This document shows, piece by piece, positions 25,690 through 31,930 of a stretch of 32,000 nucleotides of DNA (within the stretch, counting starts at the first letter, position 1; every line of letters starts with the position of its first letter). Source of the stretch: an uncultured Chloroflexia bacterium. GTDB taxonomy: Bacteria > Chloroflexota > Anaerolineae > Anaerolineales > Anaerolineaceae. The notes beneath the pieces are model-generated. The model did not search any database. It saw only the letters and a program-made list of their open reading frames with translations, and was not told the DNA's origin. The DNA lies in contig OY969938.1 of NCBI GenBank assembly GCA_963704755.1, forward strand, positions 2,550,001 to 2,582,000, in the 5' to 3' direction. Made by a program: the position numbers and the translations under genes.

Positions 25690-26817
25690 ATGAAAGCAAC
25701 TGTCATGCAGCAGCAACTTGCCCATGGTTTAGGGATCGTTTCGCGCGCTGTCTCTCCCCGAAGTACGCTGCCTGTCCTGGCTAACATTCTGGTAGCGACA
25801 GACGAAGGCCGGCTGCGCCTCTCGGCGACGAACCTGGAATTGGGAACTACTTGCTGGATCCCCGCTCAAATCAACGAAGAAGGAGCCGTGACCGTTCCGG
25901 CGCGCACCTTCACCGACCTGGTCAGCGCCCTTCCGTCGGACAACGTCCAGCTCACATTGAATACCCGTACGCAAACGCTGAATGTGCGCTGCGGCTCCAA
26001 CAGTACCGATATCAAAGGCATCGACGCGCAGGAATTTCCTCCCATCCCGGTGCCGGATCTGAATGAGGGCGTCAGCCTGAACGTGTCGGACTTCAAAGAG
26101 ATGATCCAACAGGTGGTGTTCGCCTCATCCACCGACGAAGCCCGGCCTGTGCTCCAGGGCGTGTTGATGACCATCAACGAAAGCGAAGTGACCCTGGCAG
26201 CCACCGACGGCTTCCGCATTTCGGTGCGTAAAGCCAACCTGGCCAACCCGGTGAACCAGAATGTCTCGGTGATCATCCCGGCCCGGGCCTTGAGCGAGCT
26301 GGCCCGTATCGCAGCCGACGGCGACGAAACACTGACCATGAATGTGCCCGCCGGCCGCGGGCAGGTTATCTTCCACCTGCGCGACGCCGAGCTGGTTTCA
26401 CAGTTGATCGACGGCAACTTCCCGCCTTACCAGGCGATCATCCCGCGCTCGTCCAAGACCCACACGGTAATCTCCACGGCAGCCCTGTTGAAAGCCTGCA
26501 AACAGGCCGAAATCATCGCCCGTGAAGGCAACAACGTGATTCGCCTGAACGTGCTCTCCCAGGGGGACGAACCGGGTGTGGTCGAAATCTCGGCCCAATC
26601 CGAGGAAACCGGCACCAGCGATATCAAAGTGGACGCCAATGTGGACGGGCCGGCCCTGCTGATTGCCTTCAACGTCAAGTTCCTGCGCGAGGTCCTGGAC
26701 GTGGTCAAGACCCCCTCGGTGGTGCTGGAGGTCAACCAGAACAACACCCCGGCCACCCTGCGCCCCATCGGCGACGAAAATTTCGTGCACGTCATCATGC
26801 CCATGCATTTGGGTTAA
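25690..26817 (+). CDS. dnaN: DNA polymerase III beta sliding clamp
   Basis: 375 aa. MKATVMQQQLAHGLGIVSRAVSPRSTLPVLANILVATDEGRLRLSATNLELG... and a C-terminal ...RPIGDENFVHVIMPMHLG are typical of DnaN across three clamp domains. Confidence 0.92.
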   Translation: MKATVMQQQLAHGLGIVSRAVSPRSTLPVLANILVATDEGRLRLSATNLELGTTCWIPAQINEEGAVTVPARTFTDLVSALPSDNVQLTLNTRTQTLNVRCGSNSTDIKGIDAQEFPPIPVPDLNEGVSLNVSDFKEMIQQVVFASSTDEARPVLQGVLMTINESEVTLAATDGFRISVRKANLANPVNQNVSVIIPARALSELARIAADGDETLTMNVPAGRGQVIFHLRDAELVSQLIDGNFPPYQAIIPRSSKTHTVISTAALLKACKQAEIIAREGNNVIRLNVLSQGDEPGVVEISAQSEETGTSDIKVDANVDGPALLIAFNVKFLREVLDVVKTPSVVLEVNQNNTPATLRPIGDENFVHVIMPMHLG

Positions 26818-26827
26818 ATTTTTGAAA

Positions 26828-26913
26828 TTTTGTAACTACTCAGGCACGTGCAAGAATTAACCGAATTTGAGAGGTTTGCGAGGGCAAAGCCCTCGCAAAC
26901 CTCTCAAATTCGG
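26828..26913 (+). repeat. Module-plus-hairpin unit downstream of dnaN
   Basis: TTGTAA (26830-35), 16 nt, then AAGAAT (26852-57). A 25-bp stem follows, 26861-26885 pairing with 26889-26913 (ccgaatttgagaggtttgcgagggc aaa gccctcgcaaacctctcaaattcgg). Confidence 0.8.
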
Positions 26914-26954
26914 AGTTTTTACCCCTTGGGCTTGGGCAGTTACGAATTTTTTTT

Positions 26955-26998
26955 GAGGGTCAGGCGGGTGCTTCACACCCGCCTGACCCTCATTTTTT
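26955..26998 (+). terminator. Rho-independent terminator (plus strand)
   Basis: A 16-bp GC-rich stem, gagggtcaggcgggtg cttca cacccgcctgaccctc, followed by aTTTTTT (26993-26998). It would terminate dnaN and/or a transcript starting at the 26828 unit. Confidence 0.8.
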
Positions 26999-27024
26999 AT
27001 GAATTTGCAGGCATTTCTGAAAGA

Positions 27025-27087
27025 AAAGTATGTTGATGATATTTTTTCGCGGGTTTCACCCGCGAAAAAATATCATCAACATACTTT
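27025..27087. repeat. Perfect 29-bp hairpin overlapping the stop codon of the last zinc-ribbon gene
   Basis: aaagtatgttgatgatattttttcgcggg tttca cccgcgaaaaaatatcatcaacatacttt, with arms 27025-27053 and 27059-27087. The core TTTTTCGCGGG...CCCGCGAAAAA is related to the hairpins at 8616 and 25325. The TAA stop at 27088..27086 lies in the right arm. Confidence 0.8.
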
Positions 27088-27628
27088 AAGGCAGAATCCA
27101 AAGCTGGGCTTCGCCCAGGGTCAATTTGAATTGCAGTGTTTTGAGCGCGTCGCGCCGGTCGGCCTCGATGCCCAGCAGGATAAATTCGGCCAGCGGGCGC
27201 ACGTCCCCGGCCGGCACGGTGACCGGCAGAAAGGCGGCCCGGCTGCCCTCTTCCAGCGGCGTGGGCTGGGTTAAGAGCTGGGTGCCCAGGCTGACCACGT
27301 CTTGCAGCGGCAAGGCGTAAGCTGGCACGAAGAATCGCCGGGGCGCCTGCCAGAAATCCTGCATCGCGCGGGTCTGATCGCCGGTATACGTCTCTCGCTG
27401 GAGTACAGCGCTGCCTTCCGCAACCCAGAACGGCCGCCCTTGCGCTCCGGCCGGGATGTGTTTGGAAAAGAAAACGCTGATTGCCTGCAGGTCGCCGCTT
27501 TCCAGTAAAAGCTGCCCCTGCCCGCAGGTTTCGCACACCCAGGCGACTTCATCCGCCTGGGCAGGGATAGCGGCCTGGCATTGCACGCACTGCAACGGCG
27601 CCAGGTGAATAGAGACTGTCTCGCTCAA
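27086..27628 (-). CDS. Zinc-ribbon protein C of the triad (soluble, 180 aa), function unknown
   Basis: The TTG start at 27628..27626 overlaps the upstream TGA (cTTTGA) and has GGAG 7 nt upstream. N-terminal CxxC-x14-CxxC (LQCVQCQAAIPAQADEVAWVCETCGQ). The track ORF 27086..28009 is an over-extension that overlaps protein B. Confidence 0.65.
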   Translation of the reverse strand: MSETVSIHLAPLQCVQCQAAIPAQADEVAWVCETCGQGQLLLESGDLQAISVFFSKHIPAGAQGRPFWVAEGSAVLQRETYTGDQTRAMQDFWQAPRRFFVPAYALPLQDVVSLGTQLLTQPTPLEEGSRAAFLPVTVPAGDVRPLAEFILLGIEADRRDALKTLQFKLTLGEAQLWILP

Positions 27629-28668
27629 AGTTCTTTCTCCAAAGAACGCACGATTTCGATGATCTCGCCGGCCGAACCGGGCAGGTTCAGGGCAAAGTCT
27701 GATTTCTCCTTGTAGCGCAGGTATTCGTAATGTTCCCCGTAGCGATAACGCCGCCAACCCAGCAGCATCAGGGCGATCCCGGCCACAAAGGCGATGGCCG
27801 CACCGCCCAGGGCGTTGTTGCTGTTCGAATTCACCAGGATCGATCCGGCCACGGTCACCGCCAGGATCGAGCCGCCCATCATGCCCCCCACCAGCACCAG
27901 GGCGCGGAAAAAGACGTTGCCCGGCGCTTTGCCGTACAAAACTTCGCCGGTGTAGCCATCCACCACCACCTGGAAAGAGCGCCCGCGGAACAGGTAACGC
28001 ACCACCCACAGCGGATAATAAACCAGCCCCAGGTGCGGGCGGACGATGCGCACAAACGTCTGGGCGATTTTGTCGAGTTTGGACTTGGCGCGGACGTTGT
28101 CTTCGAAGGTTTGTTTGGCCGCCTCGAGCGATTGCTCGGCGGAACCGACCGGCTCGAACACCATCCCACTGTGGTGCAGCGCGGCGGCGTCGAACGGCTC
28201 CAGGGGCCGCCCGCTCAAATTGACCGTCCGCACGCCGAACTCACCTACGTCACAGGCGGCGTTGTTCCAGGTCATGTCCTCGGCCACGTGCACTTCCCGC
28301 GCTTCGTAATGGCGGTTGTCGCCGCTGCCGACCTCTTTTTGGCCGAAGACCCAGGCCAGGGCCCGGCCCCAGGCCGTCCAGAAAGGCAGGTGGACCAGCA
28401 TGACCTCATCCACTTTGGCCTGGCGGGCCACGGTCGAGCCGATGGCCATGCTGCTGTGCAGGAAGCCCTGGTAGGCCTTGACGGCCTGCTCGCGCTGGAC
28501 GCGTTGGGGCACCTGGTAGCGGCGGACGCCGCGCTCACCCGGCTTGCCTTTGACGATCGAGCGCAGGTCGCAATACGGGCAGGTCACGATGGCCTGTCCT
28601 TCAGGGATAGGGACCATACCGCCGCAGCGTGGGCAGCTCAACCCGTGCAATGCCTGTGAATCGCTCAT
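27625..28668 (-). CDS. Zinc-ribbon protein B of the triad (347 aa, two C-terminal TM helices), function unknown
   Basis: The ATG at 28668 overlaps the stop of protein A (ATGA). MSDSQALHGLSCPRCGGMVPIPEGQAIVTCPYCD zinc ribbon. The motif GLVYYPLWVVRYLFRGRSFQVVVDGYTGEVLYGKAPGN is followed by two hydrophobic helices and a charged tail. The track start at 28803 lies inside protein A. Confidence 0.75.
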   Translation of the reverse strand: MSDSQALHGLSCPRCGGMVPIPEGQAIVTCPYCDLRSIVKGKPGERGVRRYQVPQRVQREQAVKAYQGFLHSSMAIGSTVARQAKVDEVMLVHLPFWTAWGRALAWVFGQKEVGSGDNRHYEAREVHVAEDMTWNNAACDVGEFGVRTVNLSGRPLEPFDAAALHHSGMVFEPVGSAEQSLEAAKQTFEDNVRAKSKLDKIAQTFVRIVRPHLGLVYYPLWVVRYLFRGRSFQVVVDGYTGEVLYGKAPGNVFFRALVLVGGMMGGSILAVTVAGSILVNSNSNNALGGAAIAFVAGIALMLLGWRRYRYGEHYEYLRYKEKSDFALNLPGSAGEIIEIVRSLEKEL

Positions 28669-29465
28669 ACTCTGGATGCCACCCAGGCGGCTACCCCTAC
28701 CAGGATCGGGGCAGCGATAATGCCGATCAGGATCGCGATTCCGATCCAGAGCGTGTTGGTCTCCCTGCCGCTGCTGGCAATGACCGGGATGAGCGCCAGG
28801 CACAGGTATACCAGCGCGGTGATCCCGGCGGCGGCCAGGTAAGGCGCCTCCGCTTTGGCCGGGAATATATTGGCCAAGACCGTGCCCGAGGAACCCTCGA
28901 CCACGGCGGTGTAGGTGTTGGCCTTGTAGATATATTTAAAAATAAAGATTGGGACGTGCACCAGGGCGCTCTCACGCACGTCGCCGGCCGGATTGCGCTG
29001 CCCCAGCCATTCCAGGGCCGCGTCCAACGGCACGCTGGGAGCGGCCGCCTGCTGCTCGATACTGCTGTCGTACTGCTCCAGGTCCCCGGCAGGGATCGAA
29101 AGGTGTTTCAGCTCGGTCACCGAGGTGGCCGCAGCCGGTTCCATGTCGATACGCTCGGGTGCGCCTTGCACACCCGACTTGAAGAACCACAATGGAAAAT
29201 ATTGGAAAGTACAGCCGGCGATCTGTGACTTCTGGTCCAGGTCTTTAATCGTCGCCGACCCCGACATCCAGCGTGCCAGGGCAGCCTCGGCTTCGGGCTG
29301 GTCCATGGTTGGCTTCAGGTACCAGTGGAAAACGACTCTGGATTTATCCAGATAAACAGTCGCGCCGCAGAACGGACAGGTGACGAAGATCTCCCCCTCG
29401 TCAGGATGCAATTCACCGCCGCATTGGGTACAGGTCAATTGAGTAGCCGGGCTCTCCACTGCCAT
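28665..29465 (-). CDS. Zinc-ribbon protein A of the triad (266 aa, two C-terminal TM helices), function unknown
   Basis: MAVESPATQLTCTQCGGELHPDEGEIFVTCPFCG zinc ribbon. The motif ALVHVPIFIFKYIYKANTYTAVVEGSSGTVLANIFPAK is followed by two hydrophobic helices. It is clearly paralogous to protein B. Confidence 0.75.
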   Translation of the reverse strand: MAVESPATQLTCTQCGGELHPDEGEIFVTCPFCGATVYLDKSRVVFHWYLKPTMDQPEAEAALARWMSGSATIKDLDQKSQIAGCTFQYFPLWFFKSGVQGAPERIDMEPAAATSVTELKHLSIPAGDLEQYDSSIEQQAAAPSVPLDAALEWLGQRNPAGDVRESALVHVPIFIFKYIYKANTYTAVVEGSSGTVLANIFPAKAEAPYLAAAGITALVYLCLALIPVIASSGRETNTLWIGIAILIGIIAAPILVGVAAWVASRV

Positions 29466-29471
29466 GGAGAA

Positions 29472-29477
29472 ATTATA
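29472..29477 (-). promoter_or_regulatory. TATAAT box 6 nt upstream of the protein A start codon (possible leaderless mRNA)
   Basis: The minus strand reads gcTATAATttctccATGGCA. There is no SD, and the -10 hexamer is so close that transcription would start at or next to the ATG. No convincing -35 was found. Confidence 0.3.
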
Positions 29478-29716
29478 GCATGTTCGTACTTTGGATGGTA
29501 TTGCTCAGCATCCGCAAAATTTTAATTTCCGAACTGGCCTGAGTAGTAACTTCAGGAACTTATTTAATTTGGCATAATTATTGCTACCTTTAGGGCAACT
29601 GCGTTTCAGCAAGATTACCCGTTTTATTGGAGCTTTATCCCTTTCAAATCTGAATATTCACAAGCCAGAAGAATCTATTTATACTTGATCTGCGCGACTA
29701 GACAATGAAGAAAGAT

Positions 29717-29758
29717 AGAGGCGTGCATGGGGGGACCGCCTCCATGCACGCCTCTTTT
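29717..29758 (+). terminator. Terminator-like hairpin inside the leader of the 29815 gene
   Basis: agaggcgtgcatgg (29717-30) pairs with ccatgcacgcctct (29742-55), with 2-3 extra inner pairs, followed by TTTT (29755-58). It lies 57 nt upstream of the ATG at 29815, and there is no plus-strand gene upstream. Confidence 0.5.
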
Positions 29759-29814
29759 CGAAAACAATCGGTGCAACCCAATTTTTTTCCTTATCCGTAT
29801 ATTTTAGGAATTTC

Positions 29815-30981
29815 ATGAAAACTCGTAAATACTGGCTGCGATTTGCCACCCTGACCGTCACGATTTTGGCCGCGTTAGCAACTGCTGCAGGCGTTTTTGC
29901 CTCTGAAGGCGCGCCGGATGGCAACCAACAGCAGGCCACACCGGGCGCCGGTACGTCGGCCGGGCTCAATGCCAATTCTGTTTTGTATCTGCCGGTCGTA
30001 TCGAGTATGCAGGCTCCGGCGCCGTCCGCTCCGCAGAGCTATTACATCCAAAACAACGACCCTTCGGTGATGTGGAGCCTGGGCTGTTCGCTGGGCGAAC
30101 ACGACCAGCAAACCCCCGGCAAACAGGACAGCCTGGTCATCTTGAATTTTGGCCAGATGTGGACCCAGAGTGGGACGCCCGGGGTCTACTCCTATGGGGA
30201 TTGGGTCTCTATGGGCGGCCTGCAAGACGCGGTAAAAAGTTATGTAGAGGGCTATTACCAATGTTCAGGCAGCGACGACACGTCCTATCTGACCCTGGGG
30301 ATAGGCACCAATAACTATGGCACGTTTGGCACCGGCAGCAGCAGCCAATCCGTCTTGAGTGAAAATGCCTACGCCTACGGCCAGCGCTGGGCCACCCTGG
30401 TCAATGCAGTCAATACCTGGAGTGCCCAGAAAGGCTATTACCAGCAGGTCTTTGTCACCGGCGCCATCGATATCGAGTGGGGCGGTACCTATTGGAATTC
30501 GGCCAGGGTCACTCGTTCCTGGGTAGATGGGTTTAAAAACAACAGTGGATTAATCTATTTCAATTTTGGCGCCTGCGCCGGCTGCTGGACCAGCAACGCC
30601 AAGGATTGGTCGTATGACTATCCATTTACGGATGCCTGGACCACGGACGACGTCTGGTATGTTTCCTGGGGATCGGTTGCGGGGAACGCTGTTCCGGAAA
30701 TTTACAGTAATAACGGCACCCTGGCCCGCCAGTGGCAGGCGATCAGCAAGTACGCAGCCCAATACAAAGGCGGACGGATCGATTTCACCGGCCCGATGAC
30801 CCAATATCAGGCTTGCTTGCAACAATGGGATCCTGTTACAAAAAAGGGCGATTCTTCGTGTGAGACGCTGGACAACACACCCGAAGAAGGCTGGCAGCAG
30901 CTTTACGACGCATTGAATGCCGATAAGGACACGGCTCAATCGCTGGATTACGTGACCGATATCGGCTGGCAGGAGAATTAA
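29815..30981 (+). CDS. Secreted hypothetical protein (388 aa)
   Basis: Signal peptide MKTRKYWLRFATLTVTILAALATAAGVFA. The mature part is rich in W, Y and G, with no motif I can assign from memory. Confidence 0.7.
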   Translation: MKTRKYWLRFATLTVTILAALATAAGVFASEGAPDGNQQQATPGAGTSAGLNANSVLYLPVVSSMQAPAPSAPQSYYIQNNDPSVMWSLGCSLGEHDQQTPGKQDSLVILNFGQMWTQSGTPGVYSYGDWVSMGGLQDAVKSYVEGYYQCSGSDDTSYLTLGIGTNNYGTFGTGSSSQSVLSENAYAYGQRWATLVNAVNTWSAQKGYYQQVFVTGAIDIEWGGTYWNSARVTRSWVDGFKNNSGLIYFNFGACAGCWTSNAKDWSYDYPFTDAWTTDDVWYVSWGSVAGNAVPEIYSNNGTLARQWQAISKYAAQYKGGRIDFTGPMTQYQACLQQWDPVTKKGDSSCETLDNTPEEGWQQLYDALNADKDTAQSLDYVTDIGWQEN

Positions 30982-30991
30982 GGAAAAGACT

Positions 30992-31678
30992 ATGAAAAAA
31001 CGTCCTGTCTGGATCATGATCGGCGGAATTGCCCTGGTAGTGGCTTTGGTGGTGGGCTCCCGCCTGGCGATTGGGGCCAGTTTACCCTCCGGGCCGGCCT
31101 GGCTGACGAACGACATTCAGGAGTACAGCCAGACCCTGACCGCCAATCCCAATCCCACCCAGGCTGCGCTGCTTTCACAAAAATTAAACCTGCTCGAACA
31201 GGCGAACCCGAACCAGATCAAAGGGGTGGAAGGCGAGTCAGCCAAGGCAGCTAACCCGTGTGACCTGATGCCCACCGCGCGACCCCAGGTGCAGTCCGAC
31301 CGGGTGGAGGGCATCCTGGAGGGCCTGCTGGCGCCGATCAACCCTAGCAGCTTCAGCGGGACAAACCAGTGGCAGGGCTACGTCAACGACCAGTGGACGG
31401 TGGTCTATGCCGGCGCCGATGGGCAGAATTTGCAACAGGGCCTGCTGTGGGTAGATGTTGAAAGCACCGGTGAGTTTGACAGCTACCCGGCGGCCCAGCC
31501 CGGCGGTGCGCTGACCATCCTTTCGGCCGAGAATAATGTCCTGCTCCTCTCGGATGAATCCGGCGATACGCTTTACTTCGACATGGCCGCGCGCAGCTAC
31601 CTCAGCGTCCCGGACCAGTCCCTGCCGACCCTGGAGCCCCAACCTACCCTCACCCCCACTCCGTCGATCTGCGGATAG
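30992..31678 (+). CDS. Membrane-anchored or secreted hypothetical protein (228 aa)
   Basis: N-terminal anchor MKKRPVWIMIGGIALVVALVVGSRLA. It starts 10 nt after the previous stop, with AAGGA upstream, so it is probably co-transcribed. Confidence 0.7.
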   Translation: MKKRPVWIMIGGIALVVALVVGSRLAIGASLPSGPAWLTNDIQEYSQTLTANPNPTQAALLSQKLNLLEQANPNQIKGVEGESAKAANPCDLMPTARPQVQSDRVEGILEGLLAPINPSSFSGTNQWQGYVNDQWTVVYAGADGQNLQQGLLWVDVESTGEFDSYPAAQPGGALTILSAENNVLLLSDESGDTLYFDMAARSYLSVPDQSLPTLEPQPTLTPTPSICG

Positions 31679-31684
31679 TAACCC

Positions 31685-31744
31685 CGAATTAAACGAATAT
31701 GCGGAGGCTTCGCCTCCGCATATTCGTTTAATTCGTTTTTTTTT
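31685..31744 (+). terminator. Rho-independent terminator (perfect 24-bp stem plus T9)
   Basis: cgaattaaacgaatatgcggaggc ttc gcctccgcatattcgtttaattcg (31685-31735), followed by nine T (31736-31744). It starts 7 nt after the TAG at 31676-78. Confidence 0.85.
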
Positions 31745-31754
31745 GATAGGCTAA

Positions 31755-31930
31755 GCAGTTTGACAATGACCCATTCGTCACCCCACCCCCGGCCCCGCCC
31801 TTCAAGGGGCGGGGAGTCAAACGGAAATTTGAGGTTTGTTGGGCCAAATGGCCCTACAAACCTCAAATTTCCGTATCTTTCCCCCTTGCTTGGAAGGGGA
31901 GATGAAAAATGGGCTATTGTCAAAGCAGTC
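31755..31930. repeat. Composite nested palindromic (MITE-like) element
   Basis: - Outer imperfect inverted repeats: gcagtttgacaatgacccatt (31755-75) vs aatgggctattgtcaaagcagtc (31908-30).
- Inner GC hairpin: ccccgccc/gggcgggg (31793-31814).
- Central 25-bp hairpin with one mismatch: acggaaatttgaggtttgttgggcc aaat ggccctacaaacctcaaatttccgt (31821-31874).
- Small hairpin: cccctt/aagggg (~31882-31899). Confidence 0.7.

Noticed and set aside
24350-25690. An oriC next to dnaN, with DnaA boxes.
   Set aside because: Only two weak TTATC(C/T)AT strings exist, at ~24358 and ~24413, and both are part of a direct repeat. There is no cluster of TTATCCACA-like boxes, no AT-rich unwinding element next to them, and no dnaA gene.
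25305-27087. Whether the clustered hairpin repeats around dnaN are a degenerate CRISPR array or integron attC sites.
   Set aside because: The repeats are not identical and are not regularly spaced. They are 50-60-nt full palindromes rather than 28-37-nt repeats separated by unique spacers. The type I-C repeat signature (...ATTGAAAC) is absent. attC sites are imperfect, with extrahelical bases and RYYYAAC/GTTRRRY ends, and they flank promoterless cassettes. Here the hairpins are perfect and flank dnaN.
27086-28803. The extended track ORFs 27086..28009 (307 aa) and 27625..28803 (392 aa), taken as the real gene models.
   Set aside because: The N-terminal extensions overlap the preceding gene in another frame and are Arg/Pro/Gly-rich junk. 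The internal starts at 27628 (TTG, GGAG upstream, overlapping TGA) and 28668 (ATG overlapping TGA) place a zinc ribbon at each N-terminus and give classic coupled junctions.
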